DNA of 59,917 bases, the filler included. It is 3 parts of 3 records of this genome, joined end to end, with 100 filler letters (N's around TTAATTAATTAA, not from the genome) between each part and the next. Parts side by side here need not be neighbours in the genome. Positions count along the whole stretch, not along the records: positions 1 to 30,765 come from SRR20825019_1817; 2 more parts are not named here. The stretch is one strand, 5' to 3'. The position numbers and the translations under genes are program-made. The notes beneath the pieces were generated by a model. It was given only the letters and a program-made list of their open reading frames with translations. It was not told the DNA's origin and did not search any database. Shown piece by piece: positions 1-11,782 of the stretch. Within the stretch, counting starts at the first letter, position 1. The number at the start of each line of letters is the position of its first letter.

Positions 1-390
1 GGGGGGGGGGGGGGGGGGGGGGGGGCGAAGCCGCCGGTCGCGCCGATAAGACTCCCAATGTTGAACTGACGGCACCCCTCGGCACGCAAGGCAGTTGCCC
101 TGGCGCGCTCGGGCCAAGCCGAAGCGGTCAGTCACTACCCTCATCACTGGTGCAGCCGGCACTGCACCACAGCTAGTCCGGCAAGGCGCGCTGGCGGCCG
201 GAATTGATTGAGTCGGGGACTGTAGACGGGTGTATGGTCTGGTTGTCCCGAACGAGAGCCACCCGGCCCCCGGGCATTAGGGGCGCACTGTCCCAGCGTG
301 CCTCCTGTACGTCACAGCACGGGTCAGGTTGCCTGTCTATTTAATTAACTATACAAATATGTGCCAGCCCAGATCGCATCAGCAAGGAGA

Positions 391-2798
391 ATGTTTGTGT
401 CTAGCAGAGTCTACCTGGTTTTGGTGGGGCTCGTCGTGGCGGCGTCCGCGAAGACGTTCTGCTCCCGAGACTTGGAGCCGATGGCGACGGGGTATTACAT
501 CAACATGTTCTCGAATTCTGAATGCACCGGGCACGCAGAAATTGTGCATATACTTGACGAGGCTTATGCGGCAAACATGAATGAGATAAGTTGCACCGCT
601 CTGGGGAGTTGGAATCCTGATCCCGGGTCCGCGGGGCTCCAATATTGGGCATTTACCGGGACCTTCAATAGCACCGAACTCGACTTGATGTCTGATGTAG
701 AATCATGCGGTGGGTGTCTGGCATGTGACGGGCGCGACAAGTCACGTCGGCTGAACTCTTTGCAGCGGTGATCAACGGTGATTCATGCGGCGAATACAGT
801 GCGGTAGTAGCGGTGAAGAACACCCGGTTCTCTGAAGGTGGCTATGGCCTGTGCTCGGCGGGAGTGGACGTGGGCATCTTCTGCGGAACTTCTTCGTCGG
901 CCCTCCCTGTAGACAGCCTGGCCATTACAGACGCATGGGCGTGAGTGAAGCAGCGCTTGGCTCACTGCGATGTCACTAATCGGCTCCCTTATCCTCAGTG
1001 TTGTGGATGGCGACTCTTCTGAGTGCCCCGACTTCGATGCGGAAACCATTGCTACAAGAGCCTCGGTGGCCACCACTGCCGGCCTGGTCGTTTTGGCCAC
1101 CGCTGCTTCCCAGGCTTCCGCCAACACCGTGATTTCGTACTCGAAACTAGCCGACTTGAACAGCCTTGTGTCGAACATGCAAACTAGCAGTATGTCCGCG
1201 ACTGTCCCGGTGGCGCAGAGGCCGGTCTGACTTGTGTGTGCAGATCCCTTCATCACCCCAGATATCATCCTCATGCTGTTCCAGTTCCAGTTTCTAGCCG
1301 TCCTCGGGTCTGCAGATGTAAAACTTCCCCGCAAGTTTACTGATCTAACGTCTGGGTATGGTCACGATCGCGTTATGCCAGCCTGATGTGGACTGATGGT
1401 GCTTTAAGTCTCTCCATACTAAGCTTCCAATGGCCGGCCCCATTCCACGTGGAAAGCGACCTCTCGGGGACTGCCTCCTATATTTCCAAGACGGCAGGAA
1501 GGTCGGGCAGGACCGCTCCGGAACATTTTGTTGGAAACTTGTTTGCCTTGTTCATCAGCGGGACCGCACTGCTCTTGTTCCACGCCCTTCTTGCTTTATC
1601 ACTTATGTGCATATTTAAGATCTGTCTCCGAAGGAAGCATTATTCTCTCCATCCCAGCCTGCGCTTCCCGATACCCGAGCTAGTCTTTGTCTTGATGTCA
1701 TTTCAGGGCCTGTCAGAGACGGTCTTTTCTCTATTCCCCGTCGGTGATGCTGCGTACATCGTATTTGCTCTCATTACGATCGTGGCAGTCCTCATCCCGG
1801 CCATCTACTGGGTCTTTGCGATATTGCTCTATTCGCGGGGGCAGGTGGAGTTTGCTAGGAATGATGCGTCGCTCAGGATGCGGATTTGGAGGATCCTGCT
1901 TGCCCCATGGTATGCCCTGGGGTCCTACGCCTTATTGTCTTCCAGTGAAGCTACTAAGGGGGAGAACGGCGCGGATGGATCGCCTGAGGTTTCCCCTGAC
2001 ACCGCGAATGACGCAGACAAGACTGGTGACGAGAGCTCGACCGATAGCCGCTTCTCACGGTTTGTGGCTAGCCTAAACGAGGGCGAGTGGACGGGATCCG
2101 ATAGGACTCTTAGTATGTACGGATTTTTGTTCTCTGATCTGTCTTCACAGTCCTTTTTCTACGAATGGTATTGCATCCTCTTGCGGGTGTATCGGGCGTT
2201 TGTGGTGTCATGCGTAGTGGGGATTTCTGCCGGGCGGCCGCAGATGGCCTTGCTGTTCATGCCCATGTGCCTCGAATGGCTCCATGCGGTCTTCATCGGT
2301 GTTCGCATCGGGATGTTAGGCGAGCTGAAGCGGGTCATTTTCTTGAGCGTGGAGATTATCATCGTTCTAATCCTCTACACACTGCCGGCCAGGTACAGCC
2401 TGGAGGATCGAACGGACGACATCATGCACGCGGAGAATGCGCTCGTGTTCTTCAGCTACTTGCTACTTGCCATGCACTATGTTAACAACCTTGGCCAGGT
2501 GCTAATCAACTTGGGGATCGCTAGCTGCGGGTTTGTAGTCCTGGTGATACGCAAGCTTTCTGGAGATGGATCGGTACGCCTCGGGGAGGGACTGAAAGAA
2601 GTCGGGGGAGCTGCACAGCGGGGGGGCTCGTCACAGGCGAACCTTGCCCCCAGCGCGCTGGCTATGGATGACGGCGTCACCGAAAGCTTCGGGGGTTCAA
2701 AGAGTCTGTTGAAGAAGTCGACCTCTGGTAGTGGTAGGGCAACTATGAAGGGCGACCAGGAGGCGGGAAGGAAAGGTGGTCATGATGACAATGTGTGA
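391..2798 (+). CDS. Signal-peptide, Cys-rich ectodomain, multi-pass membrane protein (spliced, 4 introns); function unknown
   Basis: Signal peptide MFVSSRVYLVLVGLVVAASA. GT-AG introns at about 710-765, 940-998, 1190-1243 and 1356-1408 join ORFs 361..771, 970..1230 and 1386..2798. The last ORF has about 7 hydrophobic segments. Confidence 0.65.
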
Positions 2799-3328
2799 TT
2801 TTCGATGATCACGTTACTATAATTAGATGATTGCCAGTGGAAACCCACCTGGGGAGTTCAGACCCTCTGACTGCATGCACGCCGGCTGGCCGGGGACGGC
2901 CCCGCCCGCGGCGCGACCACTGAATGCCGGCCCAGTGCCCGCGGGCTGAGTGGTTCACCGGATGCCAAGTGTGTCACCGCCTCACACTTCAAGCCGCGTG
3001 CCTGGACCACTGCTCCAGTCACCCTCAATACTCTCCCCGGACGACACCGGGGGCGGCAAGGTGCGCGGCGCCGGCGCCCGACCTCACTGCCGGGCCCCAT
3101 CAAGTCTGGCAGACGGGACTCACTGTCGCCCGACCGGGGCCGTCAGCAGTGCCAGGCTCGGAACAGGTGAGGGCAATGGGCCAAGCAAGAGTGCGAGGCC
3201 GTGGCCCCGCGGGGATTCAATAGTAAACCTCAACTGGATGTGCAGTTAACCACAGTGGCTGTGTCTTGGTGAGTTGATATACGTGCTTCCAAGCACATGC
3301 AGTCTTTGGTACACGGGGCGGGCCGACC

Positions 3329-5385
3329 ATGCAAGGTCCCTCTGTTCAGATCGAAGGCGAGGGCTTAGAAGCCAGGGTGGTGCCTTTCACCTATGAGCTT
3401 GTCAGTCATGAGAACCACTCAAATCTGTCGAGACTAACTATTCCTGTTGCAGACTTTTGACCAAGGGTTCTATAGTGCCGTGAATGCTTTACAGACCCTG
3501 CGGGACGAGAGGAACAAGGCTGGTGGGGCCACTGTGCTCGTCGGCATTGGCGGGCCGCCCGGAGCAGGTGGGAGTCACTGTAGAGTGTGACTGTGGGGGT
3601 CGCTGTGGGGTGTGACTGTGAAAGCGGGAGTCCCCTTGGTCCTGACCACTCGCGGTGCAGGAAAGACGTTTTTCTCCCGAAAGATGAATGCAATCGTGGA
3701 GGGGCAGCTGCTCTCGTTGGACAGCTTCTTTCTGCCAGGGCGGGCGTCTGACGGGAACTATGACGACCATAGTGTGGTAGACTTTGAGCTCCTTGCCGAA
3801 TGTCTCGAGGTGAGTGGCCTGGCGCGATGGACGGGGCCGACTGTCTGAGACACTGCTCAGGACCTGAAGGCAGGGCGCGACACCTCTGTTCCGGTTTATG
3901 ACTACAAAACCAACACTCGTCAGGCCATCGAGAATATCCGGGTCCCGAAGTCACAGGTATGTACCGCAGCATCACTGGGCATCCCAGGTGCTGACGAGCG
4001 GTGAAGTTCATCTTGGTGGACGGGGTGTATGCTCTGGACCCGCGGCTGGCGGGATTGTTTGACCTGAAGATCTCTATTGTTGGAGGTGTGCACGTGGACC
4101 TTACTATCCGTGTTCTGAATGACGTTTCCGGGAGAAGTCGTAGCGGTGGCACCTCCCCCAAGAGTCCCCGCTCCACGTGAGTGCGTCGTGCAGAACGATG
4201 GCCCTCTCTGACGAGGTACTTGGCAGGAAATCACTCTTCTCTAGTGACAAGGGCGGAGTAATTTCCAATGCGCTATTTCCGAGCTTCAAGTCGGAAATGG
4301 AGCCGTCCCTTGCTCAGGCAGAGATTAAGATTGAGAACAACTTTGATCCACTTGGGTCATTGCAGGTGCGCGGATAAGCTTCACTACCGATGCGATGACT
4401 CTTACAGTGAGGTGATTCCAGGATCCATTTTTCATCCTGAAGACGTGCAAAGGAGTGTCGGATGAAGCCATCAAGGAGCTGCTGGACTCCCGGCAGCAGT
4501 ACCACTCATTCAAAGAGGAAGTCAGCCAAGAATACTACCTATACCCGCCTGGCGTTAGTCCGGTGGAGTACAATGACTGGATCCGCGTGCGCAAGACTGG
4601 CGGGCGGGGCGACGGCGGTAAATACGCGGTGATGTTCCGAGAGGTCAGGGTTTCGTGGATGTGATGGCCTGCTAGGGGTGTGACTGGAATTTGTATGTAG
4701 CGCCTGCGGGACGGAGATGTGACGATGTCGCCGCGGATCCAATATGAAGTCAGCCTGAAGACCATTGGCGGGCTGCTGGTAGGGTGGTCCACATGAACAC
4801 ATAATGAGGTGCTGACTTATTCACAGCGCATGGGGTATAGAATCGGGGCCGTGCTCACGCGATCGTGTCACATCTATGAGGCGGGAGATCTGTCGATTGT
4901 GGTGCAGAATATTGACGAGCTGGAGGGGCGGAGGTACACGGAAATCATTGGCAAATGCAAGGGGGATGTGGTCAAGGCCGGCGAGACCCTGGAGCTTGCG
5001 GGTAGTTACTCACTCCTTAACTATATAGACATCATGCAGGAAGAAGGTACGCCGCCGTGTTGGCCGGCTCTGTTTATTGCTGACTGGCCGTGCCTTCCAG
5101 GGAAACTCAGCGAGGACCCAAACCTGAACGACAAGCTCCCCGCGACCCTCCTTAATCTGCTGATGACCTCGGACCAATCTCCCATCCGGATCGAGGGGGC
5201 ATTCTTGTCCACGGTAAGACGCACGGGAATGTACTGTGGATCCTGCACTTTGCGCCTAACAGGCCATGCAGGGATCTTGGATGGCGGTGGGTGTTGGTGC
5301 AGTGGCCGTGGTGGCCATGGCGTGGGTGTGGGCGTGGGCGAGGAGCCCTCAGCCTGCCCCCCCGTCCCCTCCTAAACGCGGCTAG
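3329..5385 (+). CDS. TTM1/TTM2-like protein: uridine-kinase-like P-loop domain, CYTH/triphosphate tunnel domain and C-terminal membrane anchor (about 10 introns)
   Basis: The spliced translation gives TFDQGFYSAVNAL..VLVGIGGPPGAGKTFFS (Walker A), FILVDGVYAL, AEIKIENNFDPL, YYLYPPG..WIRVRK..KYAVMFRE and SPRIQYEVSLKTIGGLLRMGY, matching the plant TTM1/2 layout. The last exon encodes the hydrophobic tail WMAVGVGAVAVVAMAWVWAW. Confidence 0.8.
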
Positions 5386-5435
5386 TGTTTAAATGCATTC
5401 CATTAGTGATGAGTTTCCTCCGTTGTCCACTAAGC

Positions 5436-6455
5436 TTAGTTCCACTCCGCGCTGCACACGCACTGCTGCCGGCGGAACGTCATGCAGCACGGGCAGGTTC
5501 GGGAGCGATAGGTCGCGCTGCGGCACCACAGGATGAGCACGTGTCTTTCTCCGCCCGTTACCTTTGTGACCTCATGGAACTGCTGTCCGTGATGAATCAC
5601 TGCCGCCCCGGTGGTGTCCAGCCGGTGCCGAAGCAGTGGTGGACGGTCAGGTAGGTACATGGTCTCCCGAAGCCCATGGAACAGCAGCTCACCACCCTCG
5701 AAGCGGTCGGCGCCCAGGCAGATGTTCAGGGTCACCTCGGAGTCGTCTGTGTGCGGCACCAGCGCGTCGTTCTTCATCCACGGCCGCTCCGGGTCAGGGG
5801 ATGGACAGTATCCTACCGTATAGGCATGGCGAAAGTCAATGGGGCTGATCTCGGGGTATAGGATGGACGATGCCGGCGCAACGACAACTCGACACAGCAT
5901 GTCCGCCAGCCCCGTCAGCCCTGCCTCATCAAGAATTCCGATCCGCGACCCACCACCCGCACCCTGTAACTCCGCCGGCATATTAGCTGCCCGCCACGCC
6001 ATAAAGTGCTGCATCTCCTCTGAGATGTGCTGGGCGGCGCGCGTTGTCAGCAAGGGGAATGTATATACCGCATCTGCATCGGTCTCTTCCAACACCTGGA
6101 ACAGTGCTGGAGACGACCTGGCCGGGTCGTTCTTCTCTGGGTCTCCGAAGGCCGCGACAGCCTCCGCAGTGAACAAGTTCGCTGGAGTCAGCTGGGCGTC
6201 ATCTCGAAGCCAGGGATGGAGGGGTTGGTAAGAGGATAGGACTTGTGCGCGCTGGGACACTCTATCTCGGGCCTCCTCCACTCTCTGCAGCTCGTCCCGG
6301 AGGGTCTTCGACAACTCGTCCAGAGCTCCAACTGAGAATTTATCAAGGTAGTTCGGGTAGTGGTCGATGCCGTAAAGGCTGTGTTGGAGGTAGGACAGCC
6401 TGGCCGCAGGCTCGCTTGCCCGGCCTTTTTCGTTGATTTTGTCGTGATGCGCCAT
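5436..6455 (-). CDS. 2OG-Fe(II) dioxygenase, OGFOD2/P4H-like; intronless
   Basis: HxD...H triad in PHTDDSEVTLNICLG...FEGGELLF...HHGQQFHEV, plus GERHVLILWCRS and a Cys-rich C-terminus. Confidence 0.85.
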   Translation of the reverse strand: MAHHDKINEKGRASEPAARLSYLQHSLYGIDHYPNYLDKFSVGALDELSKTLRDELQRVEEARDRVSQRAQVLSSYQPLHPWLRDDAQLTPANLFTAEAVAAFGDPEKNDPARSSPALFQVLEETDADAVYTFPLLTTRAAQHISEEMQHFMAWRAANMPAELQGAGGGSRIGILDEAGLTGLADMLCRVVVAPASSILYPEISPIDFRHAYTVGYCPSPDPERPWMKNDALVPHTDDSEVTLNICLGADRFEGGELLFHGLRETMYLPDRPPLLRHRLDTTGAAVIHHGQQFHEVTKVTGGERHVLILWCRSATYRSRTCPCCMTFRRQQCVCSAEWN

Positions 6456-6529
6456 TCGTTGTGGCTCAACGAGTCACCGTGTGCCACTCTTGTAGTTGTC
6501 CTTAGGGATCATAGCCGTGTCGCCTGAGC

Positions 6530-7090
6530 ATCCCGCCGGCCGGCGGGGCCGGAGACGGACCGGGCAGACGATGCCGTTTTCCAGCGGCCGACGGGCCTGA
6601 CCCGGGCAACTTGAAAAATTTTGGTCAGGTGCCAGCGGTCGGGGGGGGCCGGCGCGGCGGGGCCGGCCCCCCGACTCAGTGAAGCTTGCCCGCCCGGGGC
6701 GCGGCCCGCCGGGCGGCCCGGGCCGGCGCCCGCGGCTGGGCAACGCGCCGGCCGGCCGTGGCGGGCGCCGCGGGCGGGGGCCGCCCGTCCGGCGCGGGCC
6801 GGGCCGCCGCCGCCCGCGGGGCCCGCGCCGCGGCCGGCGCGGGGGAGCCGGGCCGGGCGCGACGGGGGGAGGTCCCGGGATTTCAATCTATACCCCAATT
6901 GGGGGGTCCTCATTCTGTTGAGTGGGTAGCGGTTCACGCCGGCGCCACTCATCAGCCTCACCAACCCTGGCCGGCCGGCGCTTCTTGCCCGATCAGGCGG
7001 GCCGGGCTCCGGCCGGGCCCGGCTGGGCCGGGCGTTCATCAGCCACGCCAGTCCCGGCCGCGGGACCGGTCCCCGGCGCGGGCCTGCGCA
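6530..7090. promoter_or_regulatory. Extreme GC island between divergent genes (probable bidirectional promoter)
   Basis: Almost pure G/C with many GGCC/CCGG words and short AT cores (6611-6622, 6880-6900). Lies between the start codons at 6455 (-) and 7177 (+). Confidence 0.55.
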
Positions 7091-7176
7091 CCCTGCCCTG
7101 GCAAGCAGCTCCTGTCTGCAACATGATATGCATATGACCCTAGTGCACGGAATGGTCCTACCATATAGTGCGTATC

Positions 7177-8319
7177 ATGACCGGAAAGAAGCTGCCTGAT
7201 CCCAAGGTGCCCGGTAGCCCTTCCCAATCTGGAGAACGCCCGCGGCTCTCGTCCACAGCTTCGCTTGGCGCAGAAAGAGGCCCCAGCCCAGTGGGCAACA
7301 AGCTGTCCATCCTCAAGTACAAGATGTCCAAATGTGTTGTGATTTGTGACGACCAGGGTGTGCTTGACGCCTATCTTGAAAAGGCGCTAGCAGAGGAGCG
7401 CACAGTGTTCATTCTCTTCTATGCCATGTGGTGGGTCAGAGTCGCCCCAATACTCATCTATTACTGATATCTTCCAGGTGCATACCGTGTCACGCACTGG
7501 TGCCGGAATACGATAAGTTTGCTGTGGCTGAGCAAGCCCGTGGGGAGCGGTCCCGGTTGGGATTTGTGGCGATAGACACCACCGTGAATGATGTAGGTGA
7601 ACAAGTTGTGGTTGCAGGAGGATGGGTCTGATGGATTGCCCTATTAGCACTCCCTCAACGAGTACGACTGCGAAATTTTCCCTGCGCTTGTCACCTTGCG
7701 GCCCAAGAATGGGGAGATGGTGGTGGAACACCTCGAGGAGGCGCTGACCGTAGACCAGATGAAAGACTTCCTCAAACACTGGGCCAAGATCTCCACGGAG
7801 GAGTATGAGGCTAGCCTGAACGTGCCGGCCAACAACTCCCTTGGGAGATATCTCAAAGGCCGCAATCGCTCGCGGGTGTCTATTAACTCGGCGAACTCCG
7901 CCGTTTCGGGTGAAGCCGCATCGAACCAGCCGGGGGATCCCGCCCCGGAGAATGTCACGGGCACGGCACCCTGCAGTGAGGCTGGTGACCTCGAGCAGGA
8001 GGAGAAGGCGGCACGAGAGACGGGTGGGCCTTCTCAGAACCCCTCGCGAGCGCCATCTCAAGTGCCCTCTCGGCCCGAATCGCGCACCGCGTCCAATCAT
8101 GAATCTAAGCTTCCTTCGCCGCAGAGGTCTGCAGTTCAATCCGGTCGGGCGGACTCGACCAATCTGCCATCTCGGAGGAACTCCAGGCTCCCTTCTGTGG
8201 CCCCGGCCTCACGCCGCCCGTCCCATATCCCATCTGTCCCCCCCGAGCTGATGACCAAGATGAAATCGGATGGGATGGCGGCACCGGAAGATAACCAAGG
8301 AATTCGCAACATCAACTGA
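7177..8319 (+). CDS. Thioredoxin/PDI-fold protein (WCIPC) with a Ser/Pro/Arg-rich tail
   Basis: Introns 7431-7477 and 7593-7647 give VFILFYAMWCIPCHALVPEYDKFA...FVAIDTT...YDCEIFPALVTL, continuing into ORF 7696..8319. Confidence 0.75.
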
Positions 8320-8357
8320 TCCCTTACGATTAGTTTACTGATTTGCAAAGGGATTCT

Positions 8358-11300
8358 CTAGTTTGCCTTCTTCCTCCTCTTGATTTCTTTGAGTAGACCG
8401 CGGCGTTGCTGCGCGCGGTCGTGGCGCGAGCCCAAGGTGCCCTCGGCAGCAAGACACAGTAGTGTGACCACGCAGATTGTGTATTGCACAAGGAATACAT
8501 GCCCCCACACGGCGGCGCCCAGGGCGGTGGCGGCCACCACGATATGTGTTGGTGACTTGGACTGGCACTGCAGTAGAACTGCGGTCAACATAAACGCAAT
8601 CACAAGCCTGCACCCGCCGTTCAGATGAACGAGGAAAGTGAATTTTGTTGCCACCTCCACCAGCAAAAGTGCGATCAGGTGCAGTGTCACCTTTCCATCC
8701 GCCAACAACTGTGCCGCCACTAGTGTGACGACGGTGTACCACACATTCACCGAGACCCAGCCTGCCATGCCAAAGAGAGGCATCATGACCTCCAGGATCA
8801 CAATTGGCTGTGTGTACAACACCACGTACATCATGACAACCCGATAGTCGCTCGAGACGAGGCCCACTGCCTTTTCGCCCCTGGTCACAACCAGGGCACC
8901 AGCCCACCGGGCCCACTCCAGCACATATGATTGCCGCGTGAACATGAGGATGCAGCACAGCAGCAGTCCCGACAGCAGTGCGGCAACGATGGCAAGTGCA
9001 GACACCAATGGAAACCACGGCTTGTCGCGCCACCCCACCGCAAGTACAACAGGCCCCACTATATTGACTGCGCATACTCCAAGCATCGCGGACTGCACCA
9101 GCTTTCCAAGCCCAGGAACATCGAACCCGGCAGTCTCCTCCACCAACTCCCGCCACGGAACCTGGGTTCCATCGGCCTGGTCCACGCTGAACTCCGCGGT
9201 CATGTCCGCAAAAAAGGAGTCATACTTGCGGATAAGCTTCTCATCGGCCTTGCTCGCTTCGCCGCAAGTCTTTCTCTTGAGAGACGTCAGAAGAGCGCGC
9301 TGTTCAGGAGTGGACTTGTTGTTGGAGCGCAGATGGCTGTCCAAGTAGTAGTGCTTGATCATAACCGTGTCTGCCTCACTCTCACATCCTTCTATCCGCC
9401 TGGTCAGCGACACCAGAAAGTGGATCTTCTTCTGCTCACTGCGTGTAAACTGCGGCATCAGGTCAAGCCACTGCTCCTCCACCACCGAGAGCCGCGGCCG
9501 AGAAGACGCATCCCTCTTCATGATTGCTCTAACTATTCCGATCATGTCGTTCGCCGACAGCAGCCTCCGATCGGGTTCTTGCACCGTGTTATCACGGTGC
9601 CTCGCCGTCCTGTTTCGCACCACTGGGTCCGCTCCCGTAACCTCGGGGGCAGCCCTGGCCTCGTCCGTGCTGGGCACGGCGCGGGGGGTCTCAAAGGGGG
9701 ACCGGGGGGTATCGTAGGATGACAGCTCGCCATCACTGAGCTCCTCCTCGCTCACCTCAAGGACCAGGGGCGGCATGGACTGCAGGATCGAGTCTTCCGC
9801 AGGGCAAGCTGCCCTGTCCGTTTCATCGTCACTGCCATTTGCTGCTGCCGGCATTACATTTTTTTGGCGCTCCTTCATCGCGTTCGTTTCCGCATTTGTG
9901 ACGCCTTGCTGTAGGCGGACTTCATACTGCCTGGCCCATCCTGGTGGGCCATCGGTCGAATCAGCTTCAGGCGGCTGCTGACTCCGATTTGCAATCTTCA
10001 TCGCCTCCAGTCGCTGGATTTCTCGTTCCAGCATGAGTTCCTTGTACTTGCGGTGGGCATCCTCAAAGCGCGAGGGCGACGGAGTGCCGGAGTTGGAGCA
10101 CATGATCGACAGGGTTGCCGAGGAAAGTTCCTCCAGCGATTGCGGCACGTGACTGGTATCCCTTGAATCCACGCCGAATGTCTCCATGTCGAGTTCGTCC
10201 TCATGCTCCGTGTCGTCATCATCTTCATCCTCCTGCCGCAAGAGCTTCTTATCCAGCGCGGGTGGCTCGGAAAATCCAGGCGCAGTCACATGGGGCTGAT
10301 GAATCACATCCGCCGGCCACGGCATGCCATCAGCCGCCGGCGGGAGGAAGGGGACAGCCCCTGGGTGAATTGGCGCCGGGAAGGGTGCGCCACCCCTCTC
10401 AATTACACCGGCGCTGTGGTCACGCCCGGCGGTGATATCACCACCCCCCACAGAGCCCACGCTAACGTCTCGGCCCCCAGTGCTCCGTGCCGACGTTGGC
10501 GGCGAAAAGAGAGAGCGCGGAGCCAGCTGTGCATCCTGAACCCAACGGACTTGTTGTTGTTGTTGTTGCTGCTGCTGTATCGACTGTGGTTGCTGGAGTA
10601 GTGGAGGTGTCTTACCACGCGCCCTTTGCGACCTTGCTGCTTGGCGGACGCGGTTCTGAACCTCATTGCTTGCATGAGAAAGCGGAGATATCGGAGGTGT
10701 GGGCAACAGCCCCGACCCGCGATTCTCCCGAGGGGACCCCGTGGGGCTTGCTGAACTGTGGGGGCTGGATCGCATATTGCTGTTCACTGGGCTTATGCTT
10801 GACCTGCCGCCAGAAGAAGGTTGCCCGTAAATAGACGGGGAGGAGTCGTGCCTGGGCCTATTGGTGGACCCTTCAAAGCGACCTATGGGAATGACGGGCA
10901 TGGAGCCCGCACTCAGAGGCATCTTGGTAACGCCCATTGGTCCTTGGCCCAAGAGCGAGCCGGTATCCTAACAAGGCCCCCTGTCAGTCCACCACCCACG
11001 TAATGACTACTGGTACCTACCCTCTTGCCCCCAGATGGTCCGCCAGATGTCGGCGGGACGGCGCGCTTAGTGTCTGCGGAGAGTGGCACCGCCCGGCCGC
11101 CCGGCCCCATAGCGGAGGGTGGTGCCGACACTGTTCCATTGGCGGCCTTGACGACACCCTGTGCAGTTTGGGGCATCGTGGGCACGACGGCCTTGTTTTG
11201 GCCAACAAAGGAATGGCTCGGGGGGACCGTGACAGATAGCGGCGCGATATTACGACGAGAACCCACAGACGGGCTGTCGGGGCCAGACGTGGGGGTGTCA

Positions 11301-11782
11301 GACTGCCCACTTGACTGCCCGGCCTTCATCGTTACGTTCACATTGGTGGCTTTCTTGCCCTTGCCCCGGCCAGCGCTCTTGACTGTGGGCTGCTGCTGGG
11401 CAGGGCGTCCGCCCGGCGGGCTTTGGGAGGCCGGCGGCGGTGGTACAAAGTAAGTCTGAGACACACCGGCATGCCTCACGTAGTTCGCATGGATTGGAGG
11501 TGCACTCAGCAGTCCGGAGCCTTGCTTATGGGACACTGGGGATACTGCGGGAGACGGCAGGAGCCCTGTGGACCCACTCCTCATGGACTCCGGTGCGTGG
11601 TCCAAGTCACTCGAAAGACCACACTTTTCCGGGCCATCGGTGATTCCAGCAGGAAGGAAGAAAGTGGAAACGTCATCTTCGCCTTCTGTTGCTTTGCCCT
11701 CAGAACCACCTCCCAGGGGGAACCCACCCTGTCCCCCGACCCCATAGAAGGAGACAATCTCATCCACGTGGTGGTGTTCCAT
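8358..11782 (-). CDS. Large hypothetical protein with a long low-complexity/disordered N-terminus and a multi-TM C-terminus; possible further 5' exons to about 12090
   Basis: ORFs 10913..11782 and 8358..10952 are joined in frame by intron 11020-10968 (gtaggt...ctgac...ttag). The C-terminal ~250 aa hold several hydrophobic segments. Confidence 0.65.
10551..10577 (-). repeat. CAG/CAA poly-Gln tract (9 Q)
   Basis: (ttg)6(ctg)3 on the + strand, inside ORF 8358..10952. Confidence 0.9.

Noticed and set aside
1..25. Poly-G run at the window start
   Set aside because: A homopolymer at a sequence end; most likely a sequencing or assembly artefact or the edge of a GC island. It is not a telomeric repeat.
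6474..7137. Many overlapping Gly/Pro/Arg/Ala-rich ORFs in GC islands (also 12599-13099, 21465-22144, 26465-27635, 30395-30716)
   Set aside because: Stop codons are depleted in near-pure GC DNA. The ORFs show no motifs and occupy promoter positions.
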